A stretch of DNA of 63,951 nucleotides, the filler included, from Aduncisulcus paluster (taxonomy: Eukaryota), in NCBI GenBank assembly GCA_024181965.1. It is 13 parts of 13 records of this genome, joined end to end, with 100 filler letters (N's around TTAATTAATTAA, not from the genome) between each part and the next. Parts side by side here need not be neighbours in the genome. Positions count along the whole stretch, not along the records: positions 1 to 6,874 come from BQXS01011996.1; positions 6,975 to 13,744 come from BQXS01011999.1; 11 more parts are not named here. The stretch is one strand, 5' to 3'. Made by a program: the position numbers and the translations under genes. Within the stretch, counting starts at the first letter, position 1. Every line of letters starts with the position of its first letter. The notes beneath the pieces were generated by a model that worked only from the letters and a program-made list of their open reading frames with translations, was not told the origin of the DNA and searched no databases. Below, piece after piece: positions 1 to 10,264 of this stretch.

Positions 1-1
1 T

Positions 2-1565
2 GATGGTTTCTTTGTTGACAAACATCACCGGAGAGTCATTCCAAAGAAAGCTCGTACTGTCATGAAGGAAGCATTTGACTTGTTTCACTCAGCAACTGCA
101 GGACATCACGGAGCGATGATGACTCAGTTCAAAATCAATGAGGAAGGCATCACTTGGGCCTCTATAGCCAATGACATTCGTACATGGATCTCGTCTTGTG
201 TCACGTGTAAAAAAATCAAAGCCTCTCCGAAGAAGTCTATCACTCGTTTCAGAACTCAAGCAGAAGAACCCTTTCATACCATTTGTGTTGACACAATGGG
301 TCCATTTCCCACTTCAGCTTCAGGTTACAAACACATACTTGTAATTGTTGACAAGTTTACACGTTGGGTGGAACTGAAAGCCCTCAAGACCCTTGAGACG
401 GCTGAAGCTACCTCAGCTATAATGAATCGTGTCGTGGCTCGTTTTGGTCTTCCGATGAACATTGTGTCTGATGGGGCGAAACAATTTTCATGTTATCTCA
501 CTGATCACCTGTGGGATACGTTCGGTATCACCCATCATGTAACAACTCCCTCTCACTCTCAATCCAATGGAGCTGTTGAGAGAGTGAATAGGGAGATAAA
601 ACGCCACCTGTATGCCCTAATTCACGATATACTCGAAAAACCGGAGTGGGATAAAGCTCTGCCACTTATCCAGAACATTGTGAACAACACCGTACATTCG
701 TCAACAGGTGCAAAGCCACATGAATTATTATTTGGCCGTCGAGAAACAAGAGATCTCATCAAAGATTGGACGGATGATCGTTTACAATCCAAAGAGGAAC
801 TTCCGAAAGAACATTTGGATACTGATCTCTATGTCAGCCAGATAACTGAAAATATCAAGTCTTTAATTGAATCTGCCAAGAAACATCAAGTTGTCCAGGC
901 AAAAGCGGCAAAAACCTCCGTGATAGCATCAGAGACTTTGGTTATGATAAAAAGATATCCACCTCCACTCAAGTTTCAATTTCCGTGGGAAGGACCATAC
1001 AAGGTATTGGAAAAGACATCTGACGTAGAGTATTGTGTTCAGAGTCTTTTGGGAGCGAAGCGTTATGCACACATCGACGACATAAAGATCTTGGGTAAAG
1101 ATGTGGATATTGACAAGGCTATGAACAGCTTAGCCCAAGACATGGGAAGAAGAATTCCAAAAACAGTTCTGAGACAAAAAGGTCGTGGGAGAAATGAACT
1201 TTTTGAAGTTAACTGGNNNNNNNNNNNNNNNNNNNNCGTGGGAAGGACCATACAAGGTATTGGAAAAGACATCTGACGTAGAGTATTGTGTTCAGAGTCT
1301 TTTGGGAGCGAAGCGTTATGCACACATCGACGACATAAAGATCTTGGGTAAAGATGTGGATATTGACAAGGCTATGAACAGCTTAGCCCAAGACATGGGA
1401 AGAAGAATTCCAAAAACAGTTCTGAGACAAAAAGGTCGTGGGAGAAATGAACTTTTTGAAGTTAACTGGTACGGAACACCAGAATCGAAGACAACGTTTA
1501 TAAAAAGAGCAGAAATTGAACATAGTTTGGCCTTCAAAGAGTTTTTGGATAGTAAGAAGAAGTAA
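2..1565 (+). mobile_element. Ty3/Gypsy (chromovirus-type) pol C-terminus: integrase plus degenerate chromodomain, 5'-partial
   Basis: Frame is open from base 2. Motifs: HHCC zinc finger (FHSATAGHHG...CVTCK), DDE core (VDTMG, SDG, SNGAVER), GPY/F motif (WEGPYKV) and a chromodomain-like tail (LFEVNWYGTPESKTTF). The split into two ORFs is caused by N gap 1217-1236, with 984-1216 duplicated as 1237-1469. Confidence 0.93.
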
Positions 1566-1735
1566 CCATTACGGAAAAGAGCAAAAACCTCATCTCCTTG
1601 CATTTTCCTTAAAAATCCTTTGATAAAAGTTTAATCTCCATAATTCTGTTTCTATAGAAATGCAAAAAATTTCATATTTTGTTATTGGTCGGTCGATTCT
1701 GCCGGAAATAATGAGCGTCAAAATCGAGGGAGCGA

Positions 1736-1983
1736 TGTAGTATTGATAGGATTGATTTCGAATCAATTATTTAATAAACTTGCTAGCCCTAAAGAATTTT
1801 ATTTTAAATTAACAACGTATATGTCCTCACTAACATAGCAAGTGTATGACTCACAAGACAGAGTGAATATCGTACATCCTCAACTGAAACCAGAACCTGG
1901 GGTCAGTAGTGAGAAAATCCCTGTGGGTGTGTGGTTAAAAGATGTTCCACTGTCGTGTGTGAGCAAACAAAGTGTTGAGTCCA
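1736..1983 (+). mobile_element. Putative LTR (~248 bp, TG...CA) preceded by a PPT-like tract and followed by a PBS
   Basis: Purine-rich AAAATCGAGGGAGCGA (1720-1735) lies directly before TGTAG at 1736. CA ends at 1983 and is followed 2 nt later by TGGTATC. No second LTR copy is present to confirm the ends. Confidence 0.55.
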
Positions 1984-1985
1984 AT

Positions 1986-1996
1986 TGGTATCCTAG
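1986..1996 (+). promoter_or_regulatory. Putative primer-binding site (TGGTATCCTAG), initiator-tRNA-Met-like
   Basis: TGG is the complement of tRNA CCA, and TGGTATC matches the common iMet PBS start. It sits between the putative LTR end and a gag-like ORF. Confidence 0.5.
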
Positions 1997-2137
1997 TATC
2001 AAGGCTAGTGATGTGAAGTATCGCCTGGTGAAGAGTGACACCAGCTATTGTGTGGATACAGTGTCACTGCAAGCTCGTGAAGGTGGTCATTGTTTGAATA
2101 TAAATTGTAGATCACTTACAGTATTAATACTAAAGCA

Positions 2138-2640
2138 ATGTCCGAATTATTGAAGCCACCCTTCTTGGTAAAATTTTCAAAGGAAGAATGGAACAAGTTT
2201 ATGAAGGATTTTCAAGTTTACTCAGCAAGGGGTGGAACTGAGCCCTGGAACCAATTGGTGGATGTACAGGTGTTGGAAGCACTTTCAGAGAAGCTATCGC
2301 AGCGAATCCTGACTTTGGTGCTGATGAAACAATTAATAGACTGTTTTTGAGCGGTTTGAGGAACCATAGACTAAAGGATAGGATCCGAAGCGAGGCGGAC
2401 ACTGCAGGAAAGGAAGAGGACTTATCTTTCTCCATGGCACAGTCTTTCATTAAGCTTTCGGAAATGATTCAGATAAGGGATGGAGTACTGGCCCATTGCG
2501 ACGATTTTGGATTACAAACCGTTAAAAAGAAGAGATTCGGTGATAAACAATCATTGGAGGATGAATCCGGTAAGGAAAAGAAACAATTCCGTAGGAATAG
2601 ATATTCCAAACCTTATCAGAAGGACGTTATCCAAAGACAA
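2138..2640 (+). pseudogene. Disrupted gag-like sequence of an LTR retrotransposon
   Basis: ATG lies ~150 nt after the PBS (MSELLKPPFLVKFSKEEWNKFMKDFQVYSARGG). The frame shifts near 2285 into FREAIAANPDFGADETINRLFLSGLRNHRLKDRI (capsid-like F..GL...L...I), followed by a basic tail. The call rests on position and weak motifs. Confidence 0.5.
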
Positions 2641-2672
2641 AACCGGAGAGGAATGCATCAACTTTCAGAGGC

Positions 2673-3119
2673 ATGCAGACGCAATTGACTGGTGCTAACT
2701 TGACTGTACTGAACAAAAAGAACGCTTATGATGTGTGGTGCTCCAGTTCTTCCTGGATGGAGTCGCCATGGTTGAAAAGAGTCGAACAAGTGCTGGTAGT
2801 GAAGGCCCAGTGTTTCAATCTCCCTCTCCAAGAGAGAAAACTGATGAAGAACACTTGGGAGGTTGGAGCATTTCCCCATGATGGCACGATTGATGCCATG
2901 GAGAAGCTCGTGGCCGAGGTCGTGGCCCTACAAAAGAGATTTATTGTGGAAGTGGATGGTAAACAGACACGTCTCCGATGCTGCCTCCAATCGATCGTGG
3001 CTGACACTCCTCGGCGGAAGGCAATTCTTGGATATGAAGGCAGGCTAATCTGTTCAAAATGTAAATGCCAAGACACCGATCTCTTTGGCGACAAATTTCT
3101 TCTCCCTACCCCATCCTAG
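2673..3119 (+). mobile_element. CACTA/EnSpm-like (Transposase_21-type) transposase fragment
   Basis: CFNLPLQERKLMKN...LVAEVVALQK...CLQSIVADTPRRKAILG...CSKC matches the NLP..R...N / V.EL..L / D.PA...G...C..C pattern of CACTA-type transposases. Truncated. Confidence 0.6.
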
Positions 3120-3961
3120 TCAGATGACATGCCAAGACCTCCCCCTTTGGGGACAACCTATTCCTCTGCTCTGCATTCACTCACCATTAACATCTCCTCT
3201 CATCTGGTTCGATCTCCTTTGCCACATACCCCATGACTTGAATGTAAAAATATTTTCTTATAATTTGATAGATTCAAATAGTTGTTACAGATGATCTTTT
3301 TTTGTTTATTTTAACTCAAATGATCACCGGGGGATGTCTGGCAGTACCCTCCCCAAGTCCCTCACCAGTGACGACCAGGTTGTCATCTTGCCCCATTTTC
3401 ATCGAAAAATCACACTTCCAGACATTAAGAAGCGATTCAAGACCTGTTAGATTCGCAAAAAGAGTGACACTGGATGCAGATGTCGACAAAGCAGAAAACA
3501 ATCGATCTGGAATCAAAACAGTAATGAGGAAAGCAAACGTTGTTCTTTGGTCTGACATTTTAGAGACAATATAGCATAACGCACAACAGACAGTTAAATT
3601 TAACTGTTTATTTACTATTAGAAAAAGAAAAACTTAAAATTTTTTCTCTTGTTGTATCATTTTATTGATTGAAAATTTTTCAGAAAATTTTCGTTTGAAT
3701 AATGGACCCTACTAGGGCCAAATAAGTAATTTCATTTATTTAATACATTAATATTGACATCAATTATTTTGAGAAAGCTTGATTCGGGTTCTCTCGAACA
3801 AACAACTAAGGAGCAAGAGAATCTCATATATTGCCTTTTTAGGCATGAAAGGATGAATTTTCTTCGATAGAATAGTTGGCTCACATTGTGTCGCCACATT
3901 TCTATCCTAGGTACGAACACTTCTGGCCTCGGGAGCGGTTATTCCCCATACAAAAAACCAT

Positions 3962-4115
3962 ATATGGATATTGGATAACTGTTCTATTCATACAAGTCCG
4001 AAAACAATTGCATTTCTAAAGAAAAATGGGATTTACCCTTTCTTTTTACCGACTTACTGCCCTTTTTTGACACGGTTAAAAATGGGTTTAGTGTCATCAA
4101 AAATAATGTTAAAAC
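3962..4115 (+). mobile_element. Tc1/mariner-IS630 DDE transposase fragment (pseudogene)
   Basis: IWILDNCSIH...FLPTYCPFL corresponds to the DN..IH and LP.YSP.LNPIE motifs. The frame shifts right after, into (D)TVKNGFSVIKNN. Confidence 0.75.
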
Positions 4116-4834
4116 ATACTTCTACAATGGGAATAACGGATGTATATGGCGTTTGCCGACAAACCGATCTCGCCTTCTTCACCAAAAGCGATGTCTGTGC
4201 CTACAATCCTAAACCACATTATTCTCAAACCAATTGGATTTTTCTACAGTGCCACTGTAACAGTGTTACAATATCATATCTTTTATAATAGCTTCCAAGG
4301 GATATTTATTTTACTATTTATCCCAAATTAAGCAAATTCAAAAGAATTCATTATGTTTTGAGCAACTTCACCCCACCAATCTTCCACATATCAGAACACT
4401 TAATTTCTGCCTACACAATCCATCATGTTGATGGTATTAAGTCTCTCATTACAATTGGCACTTGTCATAAAGATGACAAGGAGAAATATAACCATCGAAA
4501 ACGATACTGAACAAGAATCAGAGCGTTCTGAAGAAGGGGCACCGCGGAGACAACGGAGGACATGGCAGAGGCTCAGGAAGTAATGTTTACACAAGGAATT
4601 ACATATTTTTACGTTGTGAATACTAATGCCAGCAGAGGATCAATCTAGAGCTCTCGAGTCATCTACTAGACTGCATGTGGATGTAATATCCATAAAACGC
4701 TTATTAAAATCAACCCTCCCCATTCTAACAAAAGATGTGAAATCATTAAGTGTTCAAGCTTATTTTCAGATAACCGATTTAATTGCTGAGATTGAGAGGG
4801 AAGAAGATGAGATGGTCTGGGTTTTCTGTGTAAA

Positions 4835-5310
4835 TTGTTAAGCAAAGAGTTTATTGTGAGTCGTGTAACAGGGAAGAGATTTTTATGCGATGCAGACAAG
4901 GATCGCATTATTCTAAGTCAGCACAAACCCTTATGTGATGCCCCAAGGAGTGAAGCTTTGTCTCATTATAGGAGACAATTACGGGGTAAGGTGGATTCCA
5001 CCGAATCTCCGATCTCAAGAACCAGAAAGTGGCCATATTTCCTCGGCAGAAGTCATCCAGGCTGAGAATGGTCTTCTTCCTCTCATCCCCATTAAAGTTC
5101 CCATCACTCCTCCCTTCTTCTACTTCCCACTGGCCTCATATCTTCCACTCCTCCTTCGAAGATATCCTGGGGATGTCATCCCCTTATCACGTGCATCCTT
5201 CTCCTCCAAAATATCTCAACTTCTATCTACTCTTGGTGAAAAACACCCACAACTGTCCCCGCTGCCTCCCTTTTTGACCTCAGTACTCATTGGAATGGAT
5301 TCCAACTGAC
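4835..5310 (+). pseudogene. Possible highly degenerate retroelement integrase relic
   Basis: Fragments FIVSRVTGKRFLCDADKDRIILSQH and RRYPGDVI...SFSSKISQLLSTLGEKH echo the zinc-finger lead-in and the G.P..I.SD...F.S....L...G..H integrase core. Catalytic residues are not recognisable. 5055-5394 is duplicated at 5415-5754 across an N gap. Confidence 0.3.
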
Positions 5311-6204
5311 ATCCATGAGTGGCCGAGGATTAGTTGGGATGTATGCATATTTGTTCCCATATAAGACTGTCCGGCCTGTTCTACTAGCTCTTTANNNNNN
5401 NNNNNNNNNNNNNNATCCAGGCTGAGAATGGTCTTCTTCCTCTCATCCCCATTAAAGTTCCCATCACTCCTCCCTTCTTCTACTTCCCACTGGCCTCATA
5501 TCTTCCACTCCTCCTTCGAAGATATCCTGGGGATGTCATCCCCTTATCACGTGCATCCTTCTCCTCCAAAATATCTCAACTTCTATCTACTCTTGGTGAA
5601 AAACACCCACAACTGTCCCCGCTGCCTCCCTTTTTGACCTCAGTACTCATTGGAATGGATTCCAACTGACATCCATGAGTGGCCGAGGATTAGTTGGGAT
5701 GTATGCATATTTGTTCCCATATAAGACTGTCCGGCCTGTTCTACTAGCTCTTTATCCTCCACAACAGGAGAGAGTAGTTTTTGAGTGTTTAACAAAGGAC
5801 CTTGCTCGTGTCCAAGGAGTTAAGTGATGGTGTTATAGCTTATGTGACCTCTTTGCAATTGTTGCTGATTCCAAACAACACAACATAAATTGTGGTATTG
5901 GAGGTTGCAATAGCTATTGTCCATCACACTTAACTTTTACACGAGTTGAATAGGACAAGCGATGCCCTCGGGGCGAATATCGATCGCATTCGTCTCACGG
6001 GCATCATCTCAGCATTTATCATCACCCTTATAATGTGAAAGGGAAGCCATTCCTATCCCTGGATCATATTCAGATATCTTCTTGGATCAACCAAAAGATG
6101 TGCTCCATACAGCCCACAAGCGTGCCCATCAAGGATCTTTCCCTTCAGATGGACAAGCTGGCCCGTAATGAGCACTGCCATCACGTAGCTCTTAGTTTGG
6201 ATGT

Positions 6205-6874
6205 ATGTATATGGCTTCTTTCAATGGAAGTGGTTTAAATTTGAGGATGAAAGACGCCGTGTTCTTTTTTGATGAGGCGCATAATCTTCCTGAGGCTGCC
6301 AGGGAGATTGGTAGTGGTTGTATATCTTTGTCTTTTCTTAGGAATGGATCTTATATTCCTGGTGATGTTTTTGATGGACTGCATGTTCCAAGTTTGCGTG
6401 AATTTTTAGTTGAGTTGTTTGGGTCTGTTAATGATGTTACTTCGACTTTGTCTGATGATGTTGTTCCGTTGTCCGCGGAGTTTGTTATGTTGTGTGATGA
6501 AGCCCAGAGTGATATTGAGCGGTCTGAAGAGTTTGAATCCTCTGATGGTGAGGGTATTACAAGGAGGGATTTTAACATCTGTCGTAAGATGTGGGGTGGT
6601 CTTTGGGATAAGAGATATGCATCTGATGTAGATGGTGATGGTCGTGTTGTGGGAATGTTGACCCCTATACAGCTGAGATCTTTCCTGATGTCGGCCAATT
6701 TGACGGTTGAGTTACTTACACGTGTGATAAAAGATATTAATGCAATCATTTCTGCTGGTGATGGTGTATGTTTGCATAAGAGGAGCGTATATTTGACACT
6801 TGATTCTGCTTTTAAGGCCCTTCGGCTTAAGAGGTGTGATTATATTCCTTCGATAGTGTTATATAAGTTGTTAG
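6205..6874 (+). pseudogene. XPD/RTEL1/FANCJ-family (Rad3-like) DEAH helicase fragment, 5'-truncated, runs into contig end
   Basis: KDAVFFFDEAHNLPEAARE is the motif II signature of the Rad3/XPD family. There is an in-frame stop at 6193 and no Walker A upstream. Confidence 0.6.
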
Positions 6875-6974
6875 NNNNNNNNNNNNNNNNNNNNNNNNNN
6901 NNNNNNNNNNNNNNNNNNTTAATTAATTAANNNNNNNNNNNNNNNNNNNNNNNNNNNNNNNNNNNNNNNNNNNN
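6875..6974. other. Artificial contig-joining linker N44-TTAATTAATTAA-N44 (12 copies in window)
   Basis: The identical 12-mer occurs at 6919, 13789, 26683, 28471, 30208, 31834, 33726, 45795, 54826, 58886, 60669 and 62458, always embedded in N runs. Confidence 0.98.
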
Positions 6975-7928
6975 AATGAAAGTTGAATCAACACTAGTGG
7001 TGACAAACTGCCCATCATTTCCATAATACTTTACACTCTGAACGTAACTGTCATGTGCAACGGTCATTCCAATCTCCTCCATATAATCAATTCCAAGAGA
7101 ATCACCAGAATCTCCTCCTTCAAGAGGAACTCTCCACTCGCGGACAGTGTGGTCATCTGAAGAGGTAATGAGCTTGGAATCATCAGTTGGATGCCAATCT
7201 ACGGAGCGTAATCCATCCTCATGTCCATCTCCAGCAATAGAATCAGAAATAACAGTCAAGGGGAAGGTAAGAACATTGATGGCAACTTTTTGAAGAGCAG
7301 ACATCCTTCCAGCATGAGCTTTAAACTTAAGTTGTGAGATATCCCAGACTCTAACAGACAAATCCATTGATGTTGTGGCAACAAGTTCTAGACGAGGATG
7401 AAAACGAGCACACGTAACAAAATTCGTATGGCCGACAAGGTCTGCCATTCTTGTTCTTGATTGCCAATTCCAAATACGAGCAGTATGATCATCAGATGCA
7501 GAAACGATCCAAGGGAAAATCTTATGAAATGACACACTTCTCACATAATCCGTATGTCCCTCAAAAGTATGTACACAAGGATTATGCGACCTCTCATTAT
7601 AATTCCATAAGCGGACTTTTCTATCGTCACCACCAGAAACAAAGATTGGTTGAGTACGGTGGAAATCAACACCCCTAACAGGACCTTTATGGCCCTCTGA
7701 GCCATCTCCAGAACTAAATGTATCGATTAAGATTGAGAAAACATAATCCCAGAGCTGAATTTCTCCAGTATGAAGTGAAACAAGGATCCAAGGCCGACTT
7801 GGATGAAAGGAAATTCCTTTCACACGAGCGCTCCTCGTCTCGAATTCCTTATGGAACATAGGTAATAATTTGTTGTTGCCAAACTTCATGATTTGTGACT
7901 GGAGACGAATCGTCTCAGACGATGTCAT
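6975..7928 (-). CDS. COPA: Coatomer subunit alpha, N-terminal WD40 propeller (3'-partial)
   Basis: [56 protein letters not shown] and [18 protein letters not shown] are hallmark alpha-COP WD40 repeats. Confidence 0.95.
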
Positions 7929-8242
7929 AATTCTAATGAAAAAAATATCAAGTGATGATAAAAATGAAACAAATTCATTTTATTTTTATTTAATTTAACT
8001 CCAGAAAGATAAATAGATAGCGAACAAGACGGATTCCAGGGTTTCACTGAAACAAACTGGCAGTTTTGGTTTCATATCCTATGAATATGATATTGAACTT
8101 TCAAGTGAAAACACACTCAGAGTGTGAAAGGGGGGGTCTTTTCATATCTGTCTTTTAAATGTGACACGGAAAGAGGACTTCTGAAAGTTGTCCACTAGGA
8201 TTTGTAACTGAGATTTTAAATGCGGCGATTTACTTTTAACAG

Positions 8243-8707
8243 TTACTCATTTATAGCCATAAGAGTCGCAGCTAGTTGAAGACAGGTAGAGAACCTATCA
8301 GACTTGTAGAAGCCAACAAAGCACTTGAGAACATTAGGACTCATGTTGTACTCCCCAGTTACCACTCTCTTATCTCTGAGTGCCTTTGTGACATCCTCAA
8401 TCAAAGTATCAAATTGATCAAGAGTCATTGTGCCTTTCTTGAGTTCAAACAGAAGCTTACAGCAGATCATCACATTAACATAGCTTCTTTTCAATCCTGA
8501 TCTAAGTTCAGCGTCAGAAAAGTCACGGTCTCTCAGTCTGTCCATCATTGGCCATGAGATTTGCCATGAGGCTCCTCCATGATCAAAGTCTCTCAATCTT
8601 TCTAAGTCAACAGTAGGGTTCATCTGCCGAAAGTCAGAAATTACAAAATACAAGTAGCCGGGGAACCCAGCAAGACACCCAGCAATAGTCTGGTGAAATA
8701 AAATCAA
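8243..8707 (-). CDS. Hypothetical protein (likely starts at internal ATG, MNPTVDLERL)
   Basis: ORF with coding-like composition between AT-rich spacers. No recognised motif. Confidence 0.5.
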   Translation of the reverse strand: MILFHQTIAGCLAGFPGYLYFVISDFRQMNPTVDLERLRDFDHGGASWQISWPMMDRLRDRDFSDAELRSGLKRSYVNVMICCKLLFELKKGTMTLDQFDTLIEDVTKALRDKRVVTGEYNMSPNVLKCFVGFYKSDRFSTCLQLAATLMAINE

Positions 8708-8892
8708 TAAAGTTTATTTCCGATGAATTTCAATTTCATCCGAAGTTGCTCTAGAATCAGAGTACTCAGTTACCAAGTGGTATCTTACCACTTCCTATCC
8801 TTATAAGTTATACTCCGTTTACTCGAAGCCTTCGACTGTCGAAATAAGAATTAATTGGTTTCGAACGATTGAGTTTATTATTAAATACTACA

Positions 8893-10149
8893 TTATTCCT
8901 CCACGTGCTCAAGAACTTGAGTATCAACAACTCGTGAAGGTGGGGAAGAATATTTCCTCTTATTTCTTGTCTTAACCGCATGGGCATATTCCAATTGTTT
9001 CATCCGAGCCTTTTTCTTCTCCGCAATCCTCCCTTGTGTTGTTTTCAAGGCGATCTCCTTGGTCTCTTTCTCCCAAAGGGAACTTCCAATTTTGCTATAT
9101 TTTCCCTTGTTCGTTGGTGCATATTTTGATGGTTCAACAAAGACCATATCTTCTTTCTTAATGCGGAAACGCTCATGATGTTTTTGTAAGGAATCCATAG
9201 AGGAGGCATCATACCGACGAACGTACTCTTGTTCCATTCGCTTAAAACGAGGAGTCTCACCGTGTTTCTTCTTGAATTCAACAGTCTCTTTCTGCAAATT
9301 CTTCAATGCCTTCTTACGTTTGGTCTCTCTTTCCTTCACGGCTTTCACAGATTCGAGAGCACGTTTTCTACGCTGTTCTTTAAGTTCTTTCTGCCTTGCA
9401 ATTTGGGCAACACGGGCCTTTTCTTTTTCGTAATCCAATTCATCTTGCATTTGCTTGTCAATCTCGGCAATCTCCTTTTGTTTCAATTCACGATCTTTGC
9501 GGGCTGATTTAATGAGAGATTTAATTCTATCATACTGTTGTTTGGCCTTTTCAATTTCATTTTCACTAATTTTAACTTTATCTTCCATTCCTTTTCCAGC
9601 AATCTTAGCAGCAACCGGAGAATGAAGGGCAGCCTTGGCAGGATCATATAAGGGGGTAGAAATGGATTTACCGCGAGATTTAGCGGGAGAACGGCCACGA
9701 TAACCGGGTTTAATTGGAGCGAGAGCAGATGGATTTGGGGGAGTGGTCTGCCTGGGGGTTTTAGGTTCAAACTTCTTCTGACTTGGACTGGAAAGTGTTC
9801 CTTGAGAAGAAGAAGAAATCTTGGAATTAGAGAGTTTTCCTTGAGAAGTTGTTTTTGAAACAGGAGTTTTCTTTGGTTTTGGCAATGAAGATTCAAGTTT
9901 ACCTTCAGCAATGCCTTCTCTCCATAAAGTTTGAGTAATGGCAACAGATTTTGCCTGAGCTGCTTTACGGTCATAAATTTCAGTTTCGACGAAATGTTTA
10001 TCAGTCTTAAACACTAAAGGAGGCTGAAATAGTTGAGAATTTGACTGGGATGTGGAAGAAAGTGATTTAGACGAATCTAATTTTTCAATATGATCCGAAT
10101 TCAACATTAAATAGTGATATATATTTTCTAAATAGTTCCCTGTGTTCAA
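8893..10149 (-). CDS. Hypothetical basic, Ser/Pro-rich and coiled-coil protein
   Basis: ~400-aa ORF with a K/E/R-rich helical C-terminal half. It is divergently oriented from ThrRS across a short AT-rich spacer. Confidence 0.75.
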   Translation of the reverse strand: MNTGNYLENIYHYLMLNSDHIEKLDSSKSLSSTSQSNSQLFQPPLVFKTDKHFVETEIYDRKAAQAKSVAITQTLWREGIAEGKLESSLPKPKKTPVSKTTSQGKLSNSKISSSSQGTLSSPSQKKFEPKTPRQTTPPNPSALAPIKPGYRGRSPAKSRGKSISTPLYDPAKAALHSPVAAKIAGKGMEDKVKISENEIEKAKQQYDRIKSLIKSARKDRELKQKEIAEIDKQMQDELDYEKEKARVAQIARQKELKEQRRKRALESVKAVKERETKRKKALKNLQKETVEFKKKHGETPRFKRMEQEYVRRYDASSMDSLQKHHERFRIKKEDMVFVEPSKYAPTNKGKYSKIGSSLWEKETKEIALKTTQGRIAEKKKARMKQLEYAHAVKTRNKRKYSSPPSRVVDTQVLEHVEE

Positions 10150-10264
10150 AACTTGTGATTTTCAAAAAAAATTATTATCTTTGAATGGATTGCAAATAAA
10201 ATTGTACAATCAACGGATTTCAAATCCCTTTAACAATATTTTTCGATTTTGACATTCATTTTTT

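Noticed and set aside
984..1469. Direct repeats flanking ~20-N gaps (also 5055-5754, 17052-17665, 20777-21276, 35835-36452, 53071-53646)
   Set aside because: These are unmerged contig overlaps from scaffolding. Removing one copy restores the reading frames in the coding cases.
4580..4631. Possible intron GTAATG...ACTAATGCCAG
   Set aside because: I could not build a convincing spliced ORF, and it lies in degenerate TE debris.
6919..6930. Recurrent TTAATTAATTAA motif as a biological repeat or CRISPR-like array
   Set aside because: It is always centred in N runs of fixed length, so it is an artificial six-frame-stop linker. Gene neighbourhoods across it carry no meaning.
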